NCBI GenBank assembly: GCA_965213575.1
Contig: CBDBZN010000018.1
Span: 16,598-80,597, forward strand
DNA: 64,000 nt
Source: Chitinophagales bacterium
GTDB taxonomy: Bacteria; Bacteroidota; Bacteroidia; Chitinophagales; JAUHXS01
Reading direction: 5' to 3'
The position numbers were made by a program, and so were the translations under genes. The notes below the pieces were generated by a model. The model saw nothing but the letters and a program-made list of their open reading frames with translations, made no database searches and was not told the origin of the DNA. Position 1 is the first letter of the stretch, and the number at the start of each line of letters is the position of its first letter. Positions 31,008 to 39,850 of the stretch are shown here, piece by piece.

Positions 31008-32546
31008 CTACTTCTTAACAGATACATTAATATTTGTAATATTTACGTGAGGAGTTTCAATCAAGAAGTACTCCCTTTTATTATGCCTATATTTTAAGTG
31101 ATCTTCCCATATAAATTCAATAATATCAACTTTTTCACCCTCTGAAACTAAGTTAACTATAAAACTATGTCTGTTATTCAACTCTTTTTCAGAAACTAGC
31201 ATCAAAATATTTTGGTCTCTGTAATACTTGGCACTAAGTGTATCATTTATTGTGAAACTATCAGTGGCTTTACTGGATAGCAACTTACGTACATTAACTG
31301 AATAGAATTTGTCTTTTTCTTTATAAAAAGCAACTGATGCATCCCAGTTTCGATTATCAGGTTGGAGGTTGATCTTATACTGATTTAGAACACGGTCTCC
31401 ATAATTACTATGTTGATTATATGGTTTGAATTGTTCAAAATAGTTATAGGCTAGTAAGGAGATGCCTAATATATTTATTCCTAAAATAAGTTGAGGTTTG
31501 AATCTAAATATTTTAATAAATAACATATCGAGAATTTCCATCAAGGCTATAATTGTTAGTGGATAATATGGAAGTAATAGTCGATAAGTTGGGAAAGGCT
31601 TGCCTGAGATTTTAGCTACAATATATATGAGCAAAAATGAGATTAAAAATATTCGAGTTATTTTAAGGTGTTTAAATTGCTTGTAAAGTAACCATCCTAT
31701 AGTCACTAATCCCCCCATCGCTAATAGAAATAAAGAGCTATGACTTGGCATCTTTAGAAATGAAGAAAAACTGTTTATATAAGAACCAAAAACCGATTGT
31801 AAAAAGGTAATGTTATATGCTCTATATAAAGGTTTCCCTTCACTAGACACTTGACTTAAAAAGAATAAACAGTATAGAAAAAAGACAACCCATATTACTA
31901 GGTGTATTTTATTTTTCTTGATAAACCCAGCAATGTTTAATTTTAAGTCGACAAACACAAACTCTATGCCTATGGCAATCACAACAGGAATCAACCCCAT
32001 ATATGAATAAGTTGCTAATAATATAGAGTATATAGTGAACACAATATGTTTTGGGATATGGTCTCTTCTCTTAATAATATAAAGAGTTATCAAAACAATA
32101 CCAGCTCCAATACCATATCCTCTAGCTTGACTAAAAAAATCAGGTATTAAAAACCAGTAGAATACAAGAAGTCCAAATGCTATATATCTATTTTTAAACT
32201 CTCTTGTAATAGCTATGCTTACCATGAGGTAAATTACTAAGAATACGATATTAGGAAAACGAATAGCAAATTCTTGATAAGGGAAAAAATAAGCCGAATA
32301 GAATATTAAAATTGAATTTAAAGGATGGTTATTAGCAAGGTTCATTTTTAAGAACCTTCCAAACTCTTTTGCATATGCTCTATATGAGAATGCCTCATCA
32401 TAAGACATATCAGAAAACAATGCCCATGATATAGTAATACCTAGTGGTAGGAGTGCTACTATAAACAGAGCAACATCACTCTTTCTTTTGAAAGGATATA
32501 AATTTGAAGATTTAATTTTTGAAATAAGTAAATTCAATATCTTCAA
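31008..32546 (-). CDS. polytopic membrane protein, GT-C (ArnT/PMT-like) glycosyltransferase candidate
   Basis: 512 aa, about 12 hydrophobic helices, acidic DE motif in the first loop (SDMSYDEAFSY), soluble C-terminal domain. Confidence 0.5.
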   Translation of the reverse strand: MKILNLLISKIKSSNLYPFKRKSDVALFIVALLPLGITISWALFSDMSYDEAFSYRAYAKEFGRFLKMNLANNHPLNSILIFYSAYFFPYQEFAIRFPNIVFLVIYLMVSIAITREFKNRYIAFGLLVFYWFLIPDFFSQARGYGIGAGIVLITLYIIKRRDHIPKHIVFTIYSILLATYSYMGLIPVVIAIGIEFVFVDLKLNIAGFIKKNKIHLVIWVVFFLYCLFFLSQVSSEGKPLYRAYNITFLQSVFGSYINSFSSFLKMPSHSSLFLLAMGGLVTIGWLLYKQFKHLKITRIFLISFLLIYIVAKISGKPFPTYRLLLPYYPLTIIALMEILDMLFIKIFRFKPQLILGINILGISLLAYNYFEQFKPYNQHSNYGDRVLNQYKINLQPDNRNWDASVAFYKEKDKFYSVNVRKLLSSKATDSFTINDTLSAKYYRDQNILMLVSEKELNNRHSFIVNLVSEGEKVDIIEFIWEDHLKYRHNKREYFLIETPHVNITNINVSVKK

Positions 32547-32573
32547 ATATACATTTTATTATAAAAAGGGATG

Positions 32574-33248
32574 TTACAGCTTAATGATATATGCTAATGT
32601 GTAATATGGAGGTCTGTTTTCATGTGACTGACTGCTACCTCGATCGTTAATAGTTAGGCTGTGTGAATGGCTTCCTGTAAAATTTGTAGTTTGTGTTTGT
32701 ACTCCACTATTTCTTTGATTAGCTCCACTCTGGACAATATAGCCACCAGGGTTTCCAGTAGTAAAATCTCCCTCATCATTTACTGTGTGCGAATGATTTC
32801 CAGCAGAGTTTGTGTTTCCAGTATGATTGTGAGAAGGCATTTCATTTATAGATAAAGTATGTCGCTTTTCTCCACCATTATCTCCAATTGAGTTATAATC
32901 TGGATCGTTAGGGTTATACCCTACAATAAACCTTCCTCTTAAATCTGGTGTGCCTGATGAACCATTACATAAAGCCCATCCAACAGGAATGGAGCTCACA
33001 CTACCTGACCACATGATAATAGCACCAGTTGGAATACCTAAGCCTAGCCATTCAGAATTATTTCTTCCCTGAAGCTCACCTCCTGTCCATCTGATAGTTC
33101 CAGGCAGATTATTACTAGTATTGCCTACTCTTACAGCACCTGTGACATCTAATTTCTCTTGAGGGTTCTGATTTCCTATCCCTACATTACCATTTTGGCT
33201 ATAGGCATTGAGTGTGATGATCGTTAGTAGTATCGTGAGGTGTTTCAT
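32574..33248 (-). CDS. secreted phage tail-collar domain protein (MdpB-like)
   Basis: Leader MKHLTILLTIITLNAYSQ. Collar pattern GAIIMWSGSVSSIPVGWALCNGSSGTPDLRGRFIVG ... GGEKRHTLSINEMPSHNHTG ... GSHSHS ... ENRPPYYTLAYIIKL. Confidence 0.8.
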   Translation of the reverse strand: MKHLTILLTIITLNAYSQNGNVGIGNQNPQEKLDVTGAVRVGNTSNNLPGTIRWTGGELQGRNNSEWLGLGIPTGAIIMWSGSVSSIPVGWALCNGSSGTPDLRGRFIVGYNPNDPDYNSIGDNGGEKRHTLSINEMPSHNHTGNTNSAGNHSHTVNDEGDFTTGNPGGYIVQSGANQRNSGVQTQTTNFTGSHSHSLTINDRGSSQSHENRPPYYTLAYIIKL

Positions 33249-33305
33249 GGTTTTGCTTTTAGTTTTTAATTATTTCGTTCTTCTTTGTTAGTTGCTGCAA
33301 GCTAG

Positions 33306-33359
33306 GAATAGCTCGGACCTCCCATCTCCCTTCAATGCGACTCATCAGAGATTGTGTTC
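33306..33359 (-). repeat. 54-nt conserved element, copy A (immediately 5' of the tail-collar gene)
   Basis: 51/54 identical to 37654..37707. Minus-strand reading: GAACACAATCTCTGATGAGTCGCATTGAAGGGAGATGGGAGGTCCGAGCTATTC. Confidence 0.8.
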
Positions 33360-34892
33360 GACATCAGCTATCCAAGAAATGTTTAAGTTCCACTGATTAA
33401 CCTCTACACATTTAACAGAGTCACTAAATTGAGTTAAATTAACATTCCTATTAATAAACGCTTCTCCAGAATCGTTTTCATCATATTCCGTGATAATGAC
33501 TTTAGGGGAGAATGTTTCAATAACATCAGCATCGTTAAAATACTCTCTCCATATAGTAATAGCATAGGCTTTATTTTCCCAATTAAATGTTGATGCCCAA
33601 GCTCCCATCATTGGTTGAGAATGAAAACTGTATTCATTAAAATATTGATTAATATGTCTAACATAATATGTTCTATTATTTAAATATGAATGATATTGCT
33701 TTGCATTAAAACAGATAATACATATCATTAAACCACCTAGTAGACTTCCATATATAACTCTTTTACCTTGTTTGAGTTGATAAAATCTATTTACAAAAAT
33801 TTCAAGAAAATATAACATCAAATTAGCTATAATCAACATAGATGGAAAGAGAAGCCCTACTACGTATCTAGCAGGTAGCCACCATATAGCTATTTTATGT
33901 ATTTCAAATAAAAACCAAATAAAGATAAGTTCAAAAGCTCTTTTGAAGTTCCTATTATCAGTAGAAAAGTAAATAATAAAACTCAGTCCTATTGATAGAT
34001 AAATAGTATAAGTATAAAACTGTGTATATGCAGCTGCAAAGATATTATTGTAGTTTTCTACTATAATATTCCACATATCTGAGGTATGGGGAAATCTATT
34101 TGAAGTTTGATCAAGAATGACATAATTAAAAACACTCGTATAATTTCTATACCATAATAGGTAATACAATAAGCTCAACAGTCCAATGCCGAGCATATAA
34201 ATAATAGCTGCCGATAGTGCTTGCTTAATTTCATCAAACTTTTTATCAGTATGAATAATTAGTATTTTGATAATTCTAAAAGCCATATAAAACAATGGCA
34301 ATGGTACAATATATATGTATTGAATTTTAGTAAAATAGGATAGTGAAAATGTAAATGCAGTTAATAATAAATATTTGTTTTGTCTTTTGGAATCATACAT
34401 GTATAAAGAAAAAATTCCTAATACGATACAGCATATAGGAATCATTTCAGGCATAGCTGTATGTATAAATTGAAAAATATGAGCTTGAAAACCACCAATA
34501 AATAGAAATAGAATTATCATCCCTTTCCAGTAGTTATTAAATAACAATATAATACACGTTAAGAAAAAAAATAGCAACACAGATATTCTACTGATTTCCA
34601 TGCTAGTGCCAAATAATTTGTAGAATGGATAAAGAATTGCAGCAAAAGCAGGTGTCTTGATGAGATTATCGCTATCTGTCATTTTACAATGACCATGATT
34701 GATGTAGTTTCGTACTTGGCCAGTATTTAACCCTTCATCTGTATAGATTCCTCTGCTTAATGACAAATTATCTATGGGGTCAGCAGATAAGAAACTGATG
34801 TGAATAGTGCAATAAAGTATGACCAACAATAATCCAATTAGAAACAAATAATTCTGATTGATATTGATTAGCTGTTCTTTATTAGACTTCAT
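33345..34892 (-). CDS. polytopic membrane protein, GT-C (ArnT/PMT-like) glycosyltransferase candidate
   Basis: 515 aa, about 12 helices, first-loop acidic motif GIYTDEGLNTGQ, soluble C-terminal domain. The last four codons (EHNL) are supplied by the 12-nt motif. Confidence 0.5.
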   Translation of the reverse strand: MKSNKEQLININQNYLFLIGLLLVILYCTIHISFLSADPIDNLSLSRGIYTDEGLNTGQVRNYINHGHCKMTDSDNLIKTPAFAAILYPFYKLFGTSMEISRISVLLFFFLTCIILLFNNYWKGMIILFLFIGGFQAHIFQFIHTAMPEMIPICCIVLGIFSLYMYDSKRQNKYLLLTAFTFSLSYFTKIQYIYIVPLPLFYMAFRIIKILIIHTDKKFDEIKQALSAAIIYMLGIGLLSLLYYLLWYRNYTSVFNYVILDQTSNRFPHTSDMWNIIVENYNNIFAAAYTQFYTYTIYLSIGLSFIIYFSTDNRNFKRAFELIFIWFLFEIHKIAIWWLPARYVVGLLFPSMLIIANLMLYFLEIFVNRFYQLKQGKRVIYGSLLGGLMICIICFNAKQYHSYLNNRTYYVRHINQYFNEYSFHSQPMMGAWASTFNWENKAYAITIWREYFNDADVIETFSPKVIITEYDENDSGEAFINRNVNLTQFSDSVKCVEVNQWNLNISWIADVEHNL

Positions 34893-35028
34893 TCAAGGTA
34901 TATTAAAGACTCGATAATGACCATTACTGCTCTAAATTCTCAATTCTTAATGATTGTGGAAGAGTTGTATTAAGTTCTTTTATATCATTTACAATATATA
35001 ATAGAGCTGATTCATTATAGCTTAAGAC

Positions 35029-35542
35029 TCCGCTGGCGCCAGTTTGCAGCTGGTGCATTTCAGAAGTTTTGCTACAACGTGTGATCTATTCATTAAGATT
35101 TTCAATTTAAATTATTCCTTTACCTCCCGATTAATCTATAGCACTACTAAATTGCCACTTTTCCGGTTCACTTACAAATCCGGCTTCTACAGGATTAAAA
35201 TATATAATATATTCAAGCTTTTGGTCAATAACCTTATTACTCCATCATTCAAATTGGCTTATTATGATTTTGCCAAAGCTGATAAGATGTAACATTACTC
35301 TTTTTTTTTGCTGCTTTTTCATCATTCAAAGCATCCACTCTTTTTTATTTTCTTGAATATTTTCTTCTATATCCACTTTTATAGCTCTTGAAGTATAAGT
35401 TTTGAAACTCTTTAACAAATTAGCTTGTTGTTGATTTTTATCTCTAAATCATATAAATATGGCTGGGCATAATACACCAAGCAAATAATTTTCATGCCTT
35501 TTAAATCATTTAAAGCACCAGCTGCAAGCTGGCGCCAGCGGA
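35029..35542 (-). mobile_element. decayed REP-associated tyrosine transposase (RAYT, IS200/IS605-like Y1) flanked by 28-bp GC-rich inverted repeats
   Basis: IR-L 35029..35056 TCCGCTGGCGCCAGTTTGCAGCTGGTGC vs IR-R 35515..35542 (27/28 as reverse complement). Each contains the GCTGGCGCCAG(C/T) palindrome. Minus-strand frames give LFAWCIMPSHIYMI-stop (HUH-type MPxHxH motif) and KLEYIIYFNPVEAGFVSEPEKWQFSSAID-stop (YI..NPV.AGLV...W.[FW]SS end of RAYTs), broken by stops and frameshifts. Confidence 0.7.
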
Positions 35543-35566
35543 TATAACTCCAATATATTCCTTTAA

Positions 35567-36394
35567 TTAGAGATTGCGTTCTAATTTTTTAATTATCCAA
35601 ATATCCTGAGCCAGTGAAGGTTGTCTATCCTTTAAAGTAATATGTTCTAATATCTGTACGTTTTTAAAAAGTTGCTTCATGAATTTAGAAGGATGAAAAG
35701 CCGAAAACGTTCTATGGCCTTCTTTTACATTTCCTCTTACAATCAATTTCCCATTGTTAAAATCATCTAATTCCTTATCAGTAAACTTGATTTTAAAATT
35801 GTTTCCTTGTGTGGTTAAAAACATAATACCATTGGGCTTAAGAATCCGATTAAGTTCGTTGTACCAATCATAATGTAGCTGCTCAGATAAATGTGTAAAT
35901 ATTGAGATGCCGTATATTAAATCAATGCTATTGTCAGCATAAGGTAATTTGGCTTCTAATGAATTTTGATTAAACTTAACATTCTCAATGTTCTCTGAAC
36001 ACCATTTAATAGATTTTTGGTTATAATCTGTACCATAAAATTTACAGCCGTTATTAACTAAATTAGGCAAATGCCTAATTATTCTGCCTGGCCCACATCC
36101 CCAGTCTAAAATATTTTTATTTTTTAAATTTATATGTTTTTCTAGATGATTTATCAACCACTTTGCAGTATCTCTCCCTCCTTCATAGTACTTTTTATAA
36201 TTGAGTTGAAATGACTCATAAATCAAATAGTCTGGAGGAAGTATTACATTAAGATTTTTTGTTCTAAATTCTCTATTAACTTTTCTGTTTTGTACCTTCT
36301 GAATATGATATCTTACTAAATCAGTACCTTGAGTTAAACCCAATTTTCGTAGCATATTAGAAATTGCTCCTTTCTTCATAGAATATTTATTCAC
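35567..36394 (-). CDS. class I SAM-dependent methyltransferase
   Basis: Motif I ILDWGCGPGRI, post-I GTDYN, motif II-III IDLIYGISIFTHL ... LKPNGIMFLT. Confidence 0.8.
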   Translation of the reverse strand: MNKYSMKKGAISNMLRKLGLTQGTDLVRYHIQKVQNRKVNREFRTKNLNVILPPDYLIYESFQLNYKKYYEGGRDTAKWLINHLEKHINLKNKNILDWGCGPGRIIRHLPNLVNNGCKFYGTDYNQKSIKWCSENIENVKFNQNSLEAKLPYADNSIDLIYGISIFTHLSEQLHYDWYNELNRILKPNGIMFLTTQGNNFKIKFTDKELDDFNNGKLIVRGNVKEGHRTFSAFHPSKFMKQLFKNVQILEHITLKDRQPSLAQDIWIIKKLERNL

Positions 36395-36411
36395 CGGCTA
36401 ATTTATGCTTA

Positions 36412-37608
36412 TTATTTGGAGGTTTCTAACTCAATTATTCTAGTTTCTAAATTTTTGATATAAGATTGTTGTTCTTTTATAGAGTTGATTAATATCGGTA
36501 TTAACATATTATAATCTATGCCTTTTATATCTTCCATAGTGCGTACTACCTCAGGGATAATTATTTCTACTTCTTGAGCAATCAACCCAATATTTACTTC
36601 CGAAGTATTTCCAACTTCAGGTTTCCAATTATACGTAACTGGATTTAATAATAATATTTGAGATAATCCATATTCACATTTCTTAATATTCATCTTTAAA
36701 TTTCTATCTGAACCTTGTACTAAAATACCCGCTAACCATGCATTTCCCGTACCTTGTATATTAAATAATTCAGTTGTATTATCACTTCTCCTTACCGCGA
36801 AAGATTTTGAACTAGCATTAATAATACCTCCCACAACTAAAAGCCCTCCTGAGTTTAATGCTGAAGTATTAGTATTCCTAATTCTAGCCGCATATTCAGT
36901 AAAGTTTGCCTCTACTTCAAATGGATAAAATGGATTTGATCTTCCGATTGCAACTCTATCTGTTGAAGCATCTACAAAAAACAGATTAGGGGAATTATCT
37001 CCTTCTATTCTAAAGTCGAAATTACCTCCTGCATCATTAAATGTTGCATTACCTCTTACATCAAGAGAAGCAAGAGGATTATTCGTCCCAATACCAACTC
37101 TATCATTATCATTTACAAAGAGTCCTGCATTAGAACTCGTGGTATTCATGCTAATTTGAAAATAATCTGTTCCTGCATCTACTGTTTTTAATGAAGTCCA
37201 TATTTCATTACTACTACCAGTAAAGTTTCTTATTAGCACACCATATGTTCCATGATTTGGTCTAAGGTCAATGTATTGCCCAATTGTTTCAAAGCGAAAA
37301 TTATTGGTGCTTGGAGTTAGTTTTAAGTAGTGACTTCCATCAACGCTCATTCTAAAATTCTTTCCAGACGCTAAATCTAATCCCTCGGTTGGACTCTCCG
37401 TTCCCAAACCAACTCTACCATCATCTCTCACAAATAGCATTGAACCTCCACTACTATTAGTTACATTCAATGCGGAGGTTGAAGAGCTGGCACCTTCTCC
37501 TGTTATCTCTAGCTTTGAATCAGGATCGGTATTACCTATCCCTACATTGCCACTTTGGCTATAGGCATTGATGGTGATCATCGTTAGTAGTATCGTGAGG
37601 TGTTTCAT
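36412..37608 (-). CDS. secreted tail-fibre-like protein with C-terminal peptidase S74 (intramolecular chaperone) domain
   Basis: Leader MKHLTILLTMITINAYSQ. Repeated GNVGIGT..P...L.V-type units. C-terminal SDRNLKMNIKKCEYGLSQILLLNPVTYNWK...IGLIAQEVEIIIPEVV...DYNMLIPILINSIKEQQSYIKNLETRIIELE. Confidence 0.8.
   Translation of the reverse strand: MKHLTILLTMITINAYSQSGNVGIGNTDPDSKLEITGEGASSSTSALNVTNSSGGSMLFVRDDGRVGLGTESPTEGLDLASGKNFRMSVDGSHYLKLTPSTNNFRFETIGQYIDLRPNHGTYGVLIRNFTGSSNEIWTSLKTVDAGTDYFQISMNTTSSNAGLFVNDNDRVGIGTNNPLASLDVRGNATFNDAGGNFDFRIEGDNSPNLFFVDASTDRVAIGRSNPFYPFEVEANFTEYAARIRNTNTSALNSGGLLVVGGIINASSKSFAVRRSDNTTELFNIQGTGNAWLAGILVQGSDRNLKMNIKKCEYGLSQILLLNPVTYNWKPEVGNTSEVNIGLIAQEVEIIIPEVVRTMEDIKGIDYNMLIPILINSIKEQQSYIKNLETRIIELETSK
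37420..37608 (-). repeat. shared 5' coding block (about 63 codons) of the tail-fibre paralogs, copy 1
   Basis: Highly similar to 39599..39787 (MKHLTILL...GNVGIGNTDPDSKLEITGEG.SSSTS.LNVTNS..GSMLFVRDDG). The first 26 or so codons are also shared with 33171..33248. Confidence 0.75.
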
Positions 37609-37653
37609 GGATTTTTGGTTTGACTATTAGTTTGATTCGTGGTTATAAAATAT

Positions 37654-37707
37654 GAATAGCTCGGACCTCCCATCTTCCTTCACTGCCACTCATCAGAGAT
37701 TGTGTTC
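37654..37707 (-). repeat. 54-nt conserved element, copy B (immediately 5' of the 398-aa tail-fibre gene)
   Basis: 51/54 identical to 33306..33359. Intergenic here. Confidence 0.8.
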
Positions 37708-37730
37708 TGTCTTTTATTGGATTTAAATAG

Positions 37731-38573
37731 CTAAAGGTTGAACCTCATTCTGATTTCACCATTATTAGCAATATAAAATTTATCACCAGCAGCTATAGTA
37801 CCATCTGAATTGATTCTTATATCAATGGGGTTTTCATAAGTTGGGGAGGGGAGTAAAAAAGAAATAGTGTCTCCTGACTTTATATCATAAGTTTGTAAAT
37901 CATTGGGTGCATAAAACTCAATCTCTAAAGAAAGGTCAACATTGCCAGTATTAATAAACAGCGGATTATCCAAAGGAACTCCCTGATAATGGTTGCCTTG
38001 TCCTTCTGATTCTTGTGAATAGTAAATACCATCTTCAAAGAGGTCTATATCAATATCATTATTCATCAATTTGATATCTGCCAATTTTACAAATGTTTCT
38101 AAATGAATGTCTACTGCTGTAATAATTTCCTTTCCATCACTATCTGTTGTTTTACCAGATATATTTATAATTCCTGTATTTTCTGCCATTGGCATTACTT
38201 CAGCTTCACCAGTTCCATTAAGTTGTCTACCATGTATTAATCCTATTTCCATAACTGATCCGACTGTTAAGCTATTTAGTTGAGGTATTGACTGAGGGAA
38301 ACATTTGAAATCTTCTCGATTTGAAGTGATTTCTATATCTGTAATAGGAGTTTCTCCAACGTTTGAAAGAGTAAAGTAAAACTCTTTACTAGCTTTTAAA
38401 TCGCCAAGATCAAAGTCAATTTGATCTAAGGTGTTACTAATTTTATTACTTGAGCCTGTATATTGTATTTCAAAAGCTCCAGACTTAGCAGATTGCATAT
38501 TATCAACTTCATCCTTCTTATTACAAGCTATTAAGCTACATAAGGTAATTGCAAATATTATTAGCTTCTTCAT
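37731..38573 (-). CDS. lipoprotein, unknown function
   Basis: Leader MKKLIIFAITLCSLIAC. 280 aa, beta-rich composition. 2-nt gap to the upstream tail-fibre gene. Confidence 0.5.
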   Translation of the reverse strand: MKKLIIFAITLCSLIACNKKDEVDNMQSAKSGAFEIQYTGSSNKISNTLDQIDFDLGDLKASKEFYFTLSNVGETPITDIEITSNREDFKCFPQSIPQLNSLTVGSVMEIGLIHGRQLNGTGEAEVMPMAENTGIINISGKTTDSDGKEIITAVDIHLETFVKLADIKLMNNDIDIDLFEDGIYYSQESEGQGNHYQGVPLDNPLFINTGNVDLSLEIEFYAPNDLQTYDIKSGDTISFLLPSPTYENPIDIRINSDGTIAAGDKFYIANNGEIRMRFNL

Positions 38574-38575
38574 AA

Positions 38576-39787
38576 TTATTTTGATTTAAGTTCTAAAATT
38601 TCATCTTCTAATTCTTTAACCTTACCATTCAACTCTTGTACAGCGTTGATTAGAGCATAGAAAAGACCATCTTGATTATAAGTTAAGACTTCTGCTTTAT
38701 AGATAGGTTTAACTTCAAACCCACTTTCTTGTATGGTATATACAGAAGCAGAATCTGAGCTACTTTCAATGGTATCTAAAGTAATAATAGTATCATATAC
38801 AGTTTGAATATTTCCACTAAAGCTACTAAGGTCTTTTTCTTCAATATGTACAAATTTCTTCTCAACACAATATGGAGCAACTGTTTCTATATCTTGAGCT
38901 ATCAAACCAATATACGTTTCATCTGTTGGCATACCACATAATCCATTATATTGATAATATTTAGGATTGATTTGGTTGATTATGTCCAGTCCATCTGTAA
39001 AATCTACTACATTAGCTTTTAATCTAGCATCACTGGCAGAATTTACCCATGAACCTCCTCCAGGTTTCGCTGCATTTCCTAAACCCAATTCTAGAGAATA
39101 ATTATCAGTCACACTGCTTACTCTAAATGCGATTCGTCCATTTTCATTAATTACTAAATTTTTATTACCCGTAAAGCTATTAACAACTTCAAAAATAGCT
39201 TTAGGATTCCCGATACTGACTGGATTGCTGTATGTTACCTTAATGGTTGGTTCAGTAGTAGCTTGAGAAGATGCTTTTATTTCAAGCTTTGCTGTAGGGT
39301 CTAGTGTACCTATCCCAACATTTCCACTAGACCTAACAATCATTTTATCCTGATTATCAATCCTAAAATACAAATGTCTATTTAATGCAGCATTTAAAAA
39401 AGTAGAGCCTGTGGATTGCTGTAATAATGCATAGCTGCTAGGAGTACCTTTTAGGGAGTTATGTGTAAAAACCGAATATAAAGAACTTTGATTCCAATTG
39501 CCTAAATAAACATTTCCAATATGTGCACCCAGTCCTTGAGCTGAACCTAATACGTGAAGTTTTTCATCTGGTGAGGTTGTCCCAACTCCCACATTCCCAT
39601 CGTCCCTCACAAATAGCATGGAACCTCTATTACTATTAGTAACATTCAATGAAGAAGTTGAAGAGCTGGTACCTTCTCCTGTTATCTCTAGCTTTGAATC
39701 AGGATCGGTATTACCTATCCCTACATTGCCACTTTGGCTATAGGCATTTAATGTGATGATCGATAGTAGTATCGTGAGGTGTTTCAT
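38576..39787 (-). CDS. secreted tail-fibre-like protein with C-terminal peptidase S74 (intramolecular chaperone) domain
   Basis: Leader MKHLTILLSIITLNAYSQ. C-terminal SDARLKANVVDFTDGLDIINQINPKYYQYNG...YIGLIAQDIETVAPYCV ... LINAVQELNGKVKELEDEILELKSK. Confidence 0.8.
   Translation of the reverse strand: MKHLTILLSIITLNAYSQSGNVGIGNTDPDSKLEITGEGTSSSTSSLNVTNSNRGSMLFVRDDGNVGVGTTSPDEKLHVLGSAQGLGAHIGNVYLGNWNQSSLYSVFTHNSLKGTPSSYALLQQSTGSTFLNAALNRHLYFRIDNQDKMIVRSSGNVGIGTLDPTAKLEIKASSQATTEPTIKVTYSNPVSIGNPKAIFEVVNSFTGNKNLVINENGRIAFRVSSVTDNYSLELGLGNAAKPGGGSWVNSASDARLKANVVDFTDGLDIINQINPKYYQYNGLCGMPTDETYIGLIAQDIETVAPYCVEKKFVHIEEKDLSSFSGNIQTVYDTIITLDTIESSSDSASVYTIQESGFEVKPIYKAEVLTYNQDGLFYALINAVQELNGKVKELEDEILELKSK
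39599..39787 (-). repeat. shared 5' coding block of the tail-fibre paralogs, copy 2
   Basis: See 37420..37608. Confidence 0.75.
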
Positions 39788-39850
39788 GGGTGGGGTTTAA
39801 TTGTTTTATTGTTTTCAGTTTGTTTCGTTTGCTCACAAGCACCGCTATCG

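Noticed and set aside
33306-33359. CUGAUGAG inside the 54-nt element (both copies) looked like a hammerhead ribozyme core
   Set aside because: No GAAA/GAA strand follows a plausible stem II. No arrangement of stems I-III (type I, II or III) can be drawn around a GUC/UH cleavage site. The match is limited to the 8-mer, which here also reads as tandem stops TGA TGA.
35044-35292. 82-aa plus-strand ORF inside the RAYT remnant
   Set aside because: It lies antisense to recognisable transposase remnants, uses a TTG start and is low-complexity. Spurious.
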